64,000 nt of DNA, taken from Mobula hypostoma (lineage: Eukaryota). Made by a program: the position numbers and the translations under genes. Location of the stretch: assembly GCF_963921235.1 (NCBI RefSeq), contig NC_086097.1, positions 82,834,001 through 82,898,000 on the forward strand, given 5' to 3'. Shown piece by piece: positions 48,501 through 60,500 of this stretch (the first letter of the stretch is position 1; each line of letters begins with the position of its first letter). Under the pieces are notes generated by a model. That model did no database searches and was not told the DNA's origin. It worked only from the letters and a program-made list of their open reading frames with translations.

Positions 48501-51500
48501 GAAAATATTTGTTGTTAGCTTCAAATAATTTATACCCTAGTGTTGTTTGTTTCTGTTTTCTGGCATGTTGTATTACAGTCCAGTGCATACGTGACTAAAA
48601 TGAAAAACTGCATTTCTTGTGGAAACAGGGCAGACAGTTTTAAATGGAACCAGTTCTCTAAGCGTTTCTTAAATGCTCATAATGTATCTCTCTACCACCA
48701 CTCCTGGCAGTACTTTCCGTGAACTCTGCTTTTAAAAAAAAATTACCTCTGGCATCCCCCCTAAACTTTCCTCCTATCACCCTTAAAATTATACTCCCTT
48801 GTATTTTCTATTTCCACCCTGGGGAAAAGGTCTCTGGCTATTTACTTGATCTATGCCTCTAATCTTCTTGCACACCTCTATCAAGTTTCCTCTCATTCTC
48901 CCTCGTCCTGAAGAGAAAATCCTCAGCTCTTTCAACCTATCTATGCAAGAAATGTTTACTAATCCAGGCAGCATTCTGGTAAATCTCCTCTGCACTCTTT
49001 CTAAAGCTTCCACGTCCTTCCTATATTGAGGTGACCAGAACTATATTCCAAGTATAGAGCTGCAGCATCTCTTGAGGTCAGTCCCCTAACGAATGAAGGC
49101 CAACACACCAAGATCCCTCTGTCATTCCAAACTGCCAAGGATCATTTTATTAACCTGGTATTCGGCCTTCAAATTCGACCTTCCAAAGAGAACCGATTCA
49201 CACTTCTCCGGGTTGAACTGCAATAGCCAATTCTCAGCCCAGCTCTGCATCCTGTCAATCTTCCATTGTAGCCTACGACAAACTTCTACATTATCCACAT
49301 ATCCACTAACCCTGGTGTCATTAGTAAACCTACTAACCCACCCTAACCCTTCCTCATCCAAGTTAAATCGCAAGGAGCAGGGGTCCAAGAATAGTTCCCT
49401 GCAGACCACTTCAGAACCACCCCCCACCCCGGCAGAACATGCTCCATCTCCAGCCACACTCTGCCTTCTATTCTGCCTCTGTGCAGCCACATTTCCCTGG
49501 ATCCCATGCCTCTTGACCTTCTGAATGAGCCTACCCTGGGAACCTTAACAGACCCCTCCTAAAATCCAAATACATTACATTCACTGCTCTACCTTAATCC
49601 ATATGCTTTGTCGCATCTTCAAAGTATTCAATCAGGCTCGGGAGGCATGACTTGCCCCTCAGAAAACCATACTGCTTATCCCTAATCTGACTATGCTTCA
49701 CCAAACGCTCATAAATCCTGTCTCTAAGAATCTGCTTCAATAATTTGTCCACCAGCTGAAGTGAGACTCACTAGTTTGTAATTCCCAGGGTTATCCTTAC
49801 TCCCGCTCTTAAACAAAGGAATAACATTTGCCACCCTCCAATTATTGGGTCCTACTGCTTTGGCCAATGAGGACACAGAGATCATCACCAAAGCGTCAGC
49901 AATCTCTTCCCTCACTTCCCGTAGTAACCTGGTGTACTTCCTGTCTGACCCTGGGGATTTATCTATCCTAATGTTTTATAAAAGATCCAGCACTTCCTCT
50001 TTATGAATAGCAACATGTTTTAGCATATCAACCGGTTTTGCAGTAGTATTCATAAAGTATTCATTAAGGACCTCCCCTACTTCCTCTGACTCCAAGCACA
50101 TGTTTCCTCTTTTATCTCTGATTGATCCTACCCTCTCTCTAGCCATCTTCCTGTTCTTTGATCCTACTCACCAAGGCCTTCTCATGCCCCTTTCTAGCTC
50201 TCCTAAGTCCATTCTTCAGCTTCTTCCGAGCTACATTGTAACTTTCACGAGCCCTGTCCGATTCTTGCTTCCTAAACCTTATGTAAACTTAATTCTTCAT
50301 CTTGGCAAGCTATTCCACATCTCTTGTCAGTGAATCAGGATTTATTTATTTATTTATTATTATTTTTCTTTCTTCTATATTATGTATTGCATTGAACTGC
50401 TGCTGCTAAGTGAACAAATTTCATGACACATCCCGGTGATAATAAACCTGAATCTGATTCTGAGATCCAGTATGTCCTCTCTATTCAGCATGTCTGCAAA
50501 TTGTGTCAGGAGTCCTTCTTGGACACAGCTAACAAATTCCGCCCCATCTAATCCTTTAGCACCAAGGAGGTGCCAATCAATATTAGGGAAGTTGAAGTCA
50601 TCCACGACAACAACAGTGTTATATTTGCATTTTTCCAGAATCTGCCTCCCAATCTGTTCTTCAGTGTCTCTGTTGCTACTGGGAGGTCTACCGAATACCC
50701 TCAATAGAATGATTGCTCCCTTCCTGTTTCTGACATCCACCCACACCGACTCAGTAGACAATCCCTCCACCGCATCCTCCCTTTCTGCAGCTGTGATACC
50801 ATCCCTGATTAGCAATGCCACTCTCCGCCACTCCCCCACCCTCACTTCAGCTCAACTGTTCGTGCTTGGGATACATGTATTATACAGACACTTAGCTATG
50901 TAATCTCACACCTCAAAATGGCCATTACTGTATGTCTTGACTATTCAGAAATATTATTTTCAGAAGATTGCAATTGATTTAACAGATCACTCTTGCTTCA
51001 TCAGTCCCAAAAGCATTGATGAGAGATGTTTAGCAACAGAACAATGTGAACAAGTTGTTCATTTCTCCTCTCAGGCTGGGTAAAAGGAATCAGAACCAGT
51101 TTTAATATCACCAGCATATGTTGTGAAATTTGTTGTTTTTGTGGCAGCAGAACAATGCAATACAAAATAATAGAAAAAGTCAAGAAAACAACCTCTCCCT
51201 CAATGTCGCAAAAACAAAGGAGCTGGTTGTGGATTACAGGAGGAATGAAGATGGGCTAACCACTATTGACATCAATGGATCTGGGGTTGAGAGGGTAAAC
51301 AGCTTCAAGTTTCTCGGCATCCACAACACCGAGGACCTCGTGGTCTGTACACACCAGCTGTGTGGTGAAAAAGGCACAACGCCTCTTTCACCTCAGACAA
51401 TTGAGGAAGTTCGGTATGGGCCCCTAAATCCTAAGAACTTTCTACAGGGGCACAATTGAGAGCATCCTGACTGGCTGCATCACTGCCTGGTATGGGAACT

Positions 51501-54500
51501 GTACCTCCCTTAATCGCAGGACTCTGCAGAGAGTGGTGCGGACAGCCCAGCGCATCTGTAGATGTGAACTACCCATGGTTCAGGACATTTACAAGGACAG
51601 GTGTGTAAAAAGGACCCGTAGGATCACTGGGGACCCAAGCCATCCCAACCAGAATCTATTCCAGTTGCTCCCATCCAGGAAATGGTACTGCAGCATAAAA
51701 GCCAGGACTAACAGGCTCCAGGACAGCTTCTTCCACCAGGCCATCAGACTGATGAATTCACGTTGATATGAGTGTACTCTAAATTGCATTGACTGTTCTA
51801 CTTATCATAAGTTATTATAAATTACTATGATTGCACATTGCACGTTTAGATGGAGAGTTAACATAAATATTTTTACTCCTCATGTATGTGAAGGATGTAA
51901 GAAATAAAGTCAATTCAATTCAGTAAGTATGGAATTGGAATAGTGTGAATGTAAGGACTCAGAGTTACAAAAATAATACTCAAAATTCAAAACAAATCTG
52001 ATGTGGTAATACATTAGTTGGAGTTGCCATCAGCATCTGTATTTATTTATTTTATTTATTTATTTATTTAGAAATGAAGCAGGGAATAGGCCCTTCCAGC
52101 CCAATGAGCTGTGCAGCCCAGCAAACCCCCTATTTAACCATAGCCTAATCACAGGACACTATACAAGGACGAATTAACCTACTAACTTGTATGTCTTTGG
52201 ACTGAGGGAGGAAACCGGTTTCCTGTGGGTGCCCTGCTTTTCTCCCACAGTTCAAGGACATAGCAGTTAATAGGCTAATTGCTCATTGTTGAAAGTGGCA
52301 TTGAGGACAGTTGTTGACAGCAAAACAACAGATGCCTACCACACCACATACGAGTAAGTTGAGACCTCTTAAATCAATGCAAAAGCAGGCCTCAGCACTC
52401 GTTGTTTGGATTTGAATGGCTTATGTTTTTGTGAGCCTCGTATGCACGCAAAAATACGGTGCAGTTGACATTAGCATCATGTACAGCCAAGACTTGCATG
52501 TTTATGGATATACTTCACCCAGAAAATCTGTCATTTAAAATCACTGAATACATGAAAACTTTTCTGGCCCAATATATTTCTGGTCTTTTTGTTAAAAGAT
52601 AATTTCCCAATCTTCATTTCACAGTTAACCTTGGGATATACACCATTAGTCAATTATCTATCACTTTGGCAATACTTCTAGCTAAATTAAATGTTATGTT
52701 TAATGACAGTGATGTCTGTTCTGTGGAGCTACTGATGAAGTACCATCAAGGAATCAGAGCAGAAATTGATGCCAGAAACAGAAATTTTGTGTCCTGTATT
52801 GACTTGGGCAAGATGATGTTGGCCCGCAAACATCATGCTTCTGAAGAGGTGAGGATGAGGAGGACATTATCATGGCTTTTAAGCTTGCTTTCCTTTTTTT
52901 GATGCACAGTGGGTCGGCTTCCAAGATTAGATCTTTTAAAGCTGAATGAAATAAAGTGATGTTTGTTTATTGCTGAATGGAAATAAAATCTGCATGCAGA
53001 AGGCTTATATGTTTGGTAGTCATAAGCTAACACATTAGAGTAGACTTTTGTATTCTGTACTTATGGTGAATTCATCATCCACTTTTGACGCATTAGAAAA
53101 TAATTTGTTGATATGCATTGATGGTTATCATGGTAGCAAACACATTTAACTGAGAGACTGCTGTCTGCAGTAAAATATACAGTGAGCACGTGGATTACAG
53201 AATGGCATTTTTTTTAAAACGCAGGCTGATTTGTGCTCTAGATTATATTTACATGTTGCCCTGATCCAAGTGCATTGTAGGTGCCCTCAAATTCTTGTTT
53301 CTAACCCTTTACCTGTCAGATTATTATGCTTATCACCCACTTTGAAATAAGTATTTCAATAGGTATTAAAACAATTCTAAAATAGAAGCAAAACAAAAAT
53401 CCGGCATCCAAAAAAAATTAGTGACTTTTTTGTTTGCTGCCATGCAGGGTATCTGAGAATTTATAAAGCACTGGTGAGGCCTCACTCAGAGTACTATGAG
53501 CAGTTTGCGGCCCCTTATCTTAGAAAGGATGTGATGAAACTGGAGAGGGTTCAAAGGAGGTTCACAAAAATAATTCCGGGGTTGAATAGCTTGTCACAAG
53601 AAGAACATTGGATGACTCTGGGACTGTACTCACTAGAATTCAGAAGAATGATGGGTGACCTAAAACCTATCGAATGGTGAAAGGTCTTGATAGAGTGGAT
53701 ATGGAGAGGAGGCTTCCTGTGGTGGGAGAGTAAGACCAGATGACACAGCCTCAGAATACAGGGGCGTCCTTTTAGAATGGAGATGAGGAAGAATTTCTTT
53801 AGCTAGAGAGTGGTGAATCTATGGAATTCTTTGCCACAGGCAGCTGTGGAGGCTAAGTCTTCATGTATATTTAAAGCTGAAGCTGATAGATTCTTGATTG
53901 GTCAGGGCACGAAGGGAAATAGGGAGAAGGCAGGAGACTGGAGCTGAGAGGAAAATTGGATGACCCAATTTCCTGCTCCTATATCCTATGCTCTTAATCT
54001 GCTATGAGGGTATGTGCTGTATTCAATTCATAAGAGTGCAATGCTGAGAATGCAGGGAATGTACCTGAATTGAAAGTGTGTCTGCAAAGCTGCTAGATGG
54101 ATAATGCAGCAGGAACTATTCATTTTTTGAACATGCCTATTACATTTCACTGACTTTTTGCACCATCCTCACCATCCTGCAAATTAAGCTTTATTCAAGC
54201 TTGATTCTGTGGTGAGGTTCAAGAACCAAACATCAACTGCTTGTTCATTTCCATCGATGGTACCTGACCTGCTGAATTCCTCCAGTATTTTGTGTGTGTT
54301 ATTTAAAGCACACTAGTTCTGTGCCTAGACTTTACTGTTCTGTATATAATTTATAAAATGTAATTAGTGGCTGATTCTTCTTCTTCTGGAACATACCTGA
54401 CTGTTCAACTCGATGTCTTATCCTCTTTTGTCTCATAATATATCAGCTTCAAAACTCTTTCCGTAAAAATTCAACATGTCAAACATGTGCACTGATGTAG

Positions 54501-57500
54501 ACAAATGTTCATCATTTTAGATTAAAGAGAAGTTGGTACAACTCACAGAGAACAGAAAATTGATGATGGATAAGTGGGATGAACGCTGGGACTGGTTACG
54601 CCTTTGTAAGTGAAAGACTCTCCTCAGATTTATGTTTTTTTGCCATATTAATGCAATGCTGAGGGATTGCTTCATTGTTGAGTGTGCTGTCTTTTGGATG
54701 AGATGTTAAACTAGGGTTTGTGTATGTTCTCAGGTGGATGGAATAGTTTTCAGGGCACTATAATAAAGAACAGCAAAGGAGTCCTCCCTGAGTTCCAGTC
54801 AGTACTAATCCTTCAGTTATCACTAAAGCTGAATATCAGGAAATCAGATCATCGAAGCTTGAGCTCAGTGCCTGTCTGCCATATTTCCCAACATGGCAGC
54901 TGAGTTTGCACCACAAAAGTGCCCGATTCTGTTTGAACTGAAGGAACTGGATTACTTGAATTTCATAATCATCCCAATAGCAGTGTGCATGACTTTTTTG
55001 AGTGTTAAATTGTTTCCGGTCTTGGGGAGGAGGGAAGGAGAAAGATTATCACTTACTCACAAATCGACATTACTTCAACTGATCCAGAATTTAAATAAAT
55101 TTCAAAGTCCTCCTTTGGAGGGAGTATTTCCTAGGAAAGGATATCCCCCATTACAATTAACCATTTTTGCACAGCTCTGTGGAAAGAGTTGTAAACCAAT
55201 GGCATGTTTTGCCATGCAAACTGCCTGGGTCCTCTGTCACTCTGGCAGAAATGATAAATTCATTAATAAATCTACTGTTGAATCTAATACAGGGTAGAGG
55301 GGGAGGTGAGTTCAATTAGATTTGTGAATAACTTCAGAGAACCTTATAAATGATTGAAGCAGATTTTCCAAAATGCTTTCAATTTCAATCTGTTCAGATA
55401 TTTAGTTCGCTCAAACTGGTTTTGCATCACAAGCAGCCACCAACCCTAAAACTATAATTCAGGTGTAAATACAGGCTCCAGAGATTAGGACAACTAAGAG
55501 GTGGTCGCAGGAGGCAGAGGAACGAAGATAGGATTTCTTTGAGTCAGTGGGCTGGGCTGTGTTTAAGCACTCAGCTGGAGTTCCGAATGAATACACCAGA
55601 GCTGTAATGAACTTAATACAGCAGTAGATGAGTGTGCCCCACTAATCATCCAGACTCTTCCCCAATCAGAAGCCCTGGATGAACCATGAGATCTGAAATT
55701 TGCTGAGGGCCAGACCAGCATTCAAGTCTGAAGACCGAGAATGCTACAAAAGGCGCAGTTATGATCTCTGGAAAGCTATTTCACAGGCGAGGTGGAGATT
55801 CCAGACTAGACCGCAATCAACGAGAGTTGCTCGACAACTGTGGCAGGGTTTGAATGCTATAACCTCCTACAAAGTTAAATCAAGTGACATAGAGGACAGA
55901 AGAGCTTTGCTTCCAGTTGAGCTCAATGCCTTTCTGCTTTGACCGGCAGAACATGAAGGAACCATTGTGAACCTCCACATCTCCTGATGATCCCTTAATC
56001 TCAGTATCTGAAGCTGACGTACTGACATGAAGCCTTCTCAGAGGGTGAATCCAAGGAAAGAATCTCTACCGGATGAGGAACCCGGCCATGCACTATAAAC
56101 CTGTGCTGACCAACTGGCTGGTGTGTTCACTGCTATCTTTAACCTCTTGCCTTAGCAGTGAGTGGTACCCAACTGGTTCAAGCAGGCTTCAATTATAACG
56201 GTGCCCGAGAAGAGCGTGATGACCTGCCTCAGTGTGTATCATCGGGTTGCACTTGCATCCACAGTGTTGAAGTGTTTTGAGAGGTTGGTGATGAAACATA
56301 TAAGCTCCTGCCTGAGAGGTGACTTGGATCCACTCCAATTTGCCAACTAGAGCAACAGGTCCACAGCAGATGCCATCTCAATGGCTCTTTACTCAATCCT
56401 GAAACATCTAGACTCTTTATTGACTATAGTTCAGCATTCAATACTCAATCCCCTCAAAACTAGTCAATAAGCTCCAAGTCCTTTGCTTCAGTACCTCCTT
56501 ATGTAACTGGATTCTGGATTTCCTCACCTGCAGACCCCAGTCAATTCAGATTGGCAAAAACATCTCCTCCACAATCTCTATCAGCACAGATGCACCATAG
56601 GGCTACGGACTTAGCCCCCTGCTCTACTCGCTTTACACCCATGACTTTGTGGCTAAGTACAGCTCCAACACCATACATAAGTTTGTTGGTAACACCACTG
56701 TTGTGAACCATGTCAGAAGTGGTGATGAATAGCATGCAGGAGGGAGATTGAAAATTCGACTGGGTTGTGGCATAACAACAACCTCTCACTCAACGTCAGC
56801 AAGACCAAGGAACTGATTGTGGACTTCAGGAGAGGGAAACCAAAGGTCCATGAGTAATCCTCATTGAAGGATCAGAGGTGTAGAATGTTAGCAACTTTAA
56901 ATTCCTGGATGTTACCATTTCAGAGGACATAAGTGTAATTGTTAAGAAAACATGGCACTACTTCTACTTACTTAGGAATCTGTGGAGGTTCGGCATGGCA
57001 TCTAAAACTTTGACAAACTTCTATAGATGTGTAGTGGAGAGTGTATTTATTTGGCTGCATCAAGGCCTGGTATGGAAATACCAATGCCCTTGAACGGAAA
57101 ATCCTACAAAAGGTAGTGGATTCAGCCCAGTACATCATGGGCAAGGCCGTTCCAACCATAGGGCATATCCACATAAAACACTGTCATAAGAAAGCAATGA
57201 TCAGCATCCATAATCAGAGATCCTCACCACCCAAGCCATGCTCTTTTCTTGCTGCTGCCATCAGGTAGAAGCTACAAGAGCCCGAGGACTCACATCACCA
57301 GGTTCAAGGACAGGTACTGCCCCTCAACCATCAGGCTCTTGAACAAAAGGGGATAACTACATTCACTTGCCCATCCATTGAGATGTTCCCACAACCAATG
57401 AACTCACTTTAAGGACTCTTTGTCTTGTTATTTCATGTTCTCATTATTTATTGCTATTTATTTGTATTTCCATTTGCACGGTTTGTTTTCTTCTGCACTT

Positions 57501-60500
57501 AGGTTGATCTTTCTTTGATCCTGTTACCATTCTATAGTTTTTCTGAGTATCATCATCATCATCAGGTGCCATGCCCAGTTTGAGCTTTGACGGCCATGGC
57601 CCACACACTCCTGTTTCGGGTCAAGTGGATCAACTCATTGGTATTCATTTCCAGTTCTCTGGCTGCTGTCTCCATCATCATTTGCCTTTGTCTTCCTCTT
57701 GCTTTCTTCCCTTCAATCTTTCCCATAATTACCATGCATTCTAACACCTCTTTCCTAATCACATGTCCAATGAAGTTATGTTGCCTTTTCATGATCTCAT
57801 ACATTATTTATCTTTTTGTGTTTGCTCTGTTCATGACATCCTCGTTAGATATTCGTTTCGTCCATGATATTCTTTGCATCCTCCTCAAAAACCACATCTC
57901 TGCTGCTTCAATTCGTTTCCTCATGTCACTAGATTTTGTCCAACATTCTGAGCCATATAACATAACTGGATAAACGTAACATTTCAGTACTCCGAGGCAG
58001 GTTGTCATGCCTGGTTTAGTATTGGTCAGTATACTCTTCATTCTCGTAAAGGTGTCTTTTGCCATCCCTATTCTTCTTTTGATGTCCATGTTGCACCTGC
58101 CATCTGATGTCACCCAGCTTCCTAAGTAACTAAAGTTCTGTACTTGTTTTATGTCTTCCCCATTTATTCGCAGCCTGCAGATAGGACTCTCCTTTCTGGA
58201 TATCACCATACATTCTGTCTTTTTGCTGAGTATACCTGCAGGAAAATGAATCTCAGGGTTATATGAGGTGGCATATCTGCACTTTGAAAATATAATTTAC
58301 TTTGACTTTACCAAGTGGTAACTAATGACCAATAAATTCATTTACACTTTGTCTGGCTTATGATTTACATATTTAACTGCCATGAGTATGGTTGTCAAGG
58401 CTGTATTTTTTCTCCATTTCTAATTAAACTTTGATCTCAGCGACACAACGATAATCACCCTCTACAAAAATAAAGGCTCAAGGACCGACTGTGGGAACTA
58501 CAGAGGCATCTCACTACTTTCCATTGCCGGAAAAATCCTCACCCGCATCATCCTCAACGGATTGATTCCAACAGTGTCAGAAGAGAACCTTCCCGAGTCG
58601 CAATGCGGCTTTCGTCCTGAACACAGCACTGTCGACATGATCTTCGCAGTGGGACAGATACAGGAGAAGTGCCTGGAACAGAACATGACATTATACTCTG
58701 TCTTCATTGATCTGATGAAGGCGTTTGACATGGTCAACAGAAACGTGCTGTGGATCATCCTTAGAAAGCTTGGCTGCCCACAGAAATTCACTACACTCAT
58801 CCGCCGCTTCACAATGGCATGACAGGAGAAGTGTTCTCAGATGGTTCCCCAGCTGAGACTTTCAACATCTCAAATGGCGTGAAGCAAGGGTGCATTCTAC
58901 CACCAGTGCTCTTCAACCTCTTCTTCACACAGATGCTGAAGCATGCTGTTAAGCACCTAGACCTGAGTACTTACATAAGAAATCCCCTAGACGGATTGAT
59001 GTTTGACCTGAGACGCCTTGCTGCAAAGACCAAAACGTTGAGGAGACTCATCACTGAAGCCCTGTTTGCTGATGACTGTGCCCTCATGGTCCACCAGGAG
59101 AACCACCTGTGAACGATTGTCGACAAGTTCTCTGCAGCCTCAAAGCTGTTCGGCCTGACAATCAGCCTCGGTTACACAGAAGTTCTCCTACAACCTGCAC
59201 CAAACAGTCACCCTCCTCAGCCATGCAACACGATCGACGGCACTGTCCTGAAGAATGTGGAGAGCTTCAAGTATCTAGGAAGCACCATCTCCAGTGATGG
59301 ATCCCTTGACAAAGAGATCATAGCAAGGAGCCAGGCACTCGGGAAACTCCGTGTCAAAGTTCTGGAGCACAAGGACATTCAGCTTTCAACCAAGCTCAGA
59401 GTGTACAAGGCTGTGGTCCTCACCTCTCTCCTGTATGGCTGCGAAACCTGGACCCTGTACTGCAGGCACATCAAATAGCTGGAGCAGGTTCACATGCGCT
59501 CTCTGCGGTCGATCATGAGAATTCGATGGCAGGACCAAATCACAAATCAGGAAGTCCTTGACAGAGTTAACAGCACAAGCATTGAGGCAAGGATTCTCCA
59601 GGCCCAGCTACGCTGGACTGGCCATGTAATCTGCATGGGTGAAACAAGAATCCCCAGGCAGCTGCTCTACGGTGAGCTTGGGCATGGCAGTTGCAATCAG
59701 GGCCACCCCAAAAAACGATTCAAAGACAATCTGAAATCGTACATCAAATGGGCAGACCTCCAGCCTCGACAGCTTGAGGACTCCTCAGCCAACAGGGCTG
59801 CGTGGCGCGCCCTGACCAGAAAAGCTGCATCTGACTTTGAGGATGACCGAAATCAGCGCCTTGCAGCAGCACGAGACCGACGCCACAAAGCTGTGTGTGC
59901 ACCTGTTCTAACAACCGCCATTCCATGTCCAACCTGCAACCGCACGTGTGCTTCGGCCTTCGGCCTCCAAAGCCACATGCGTATCCACAGATGACTGCAC
60001 AATGTTCAGTCTTCCTCAGACCCCGAGCGACAACCACCAATTAAACTTTGAACTGTGTGAATTGCTGGGCTATTGTTAAGGGTATTTAAGGAACCACTTC
60101 AGGGCTTTGGAGAAGGTGCAGAAGGTATTTATCAGGATGCTGCCTGCATTAGATGAATATACTATAAAGATGTTGAAATTAGAAGGATTAAGATTGTTAA
60201 ATGCATGTTCGAGTGTTTGAGCAAGATACTAAAGAATAACATAATTGCTATGGGTACAAAACTCAGAGTGTTGCAGAGCTATGTTCATTCCACACTAACG
60301 TATGGAAGTGAAAGTTGGACGATATCAAATCCAAATGAGGGAAGACTCAAAGCTGCAGACATGTGGTTTTTGAGAAGAATGATGAAAATATTATAGAAGG
60401 ACAGAGTAACAAATGAGGAAGTGTTGCGAAAAGTTGGAAAAAGAAGACAGCTGAAATCATTAATCAGGAAATAGCAGATGGAATTTCTGGGGCATATACT

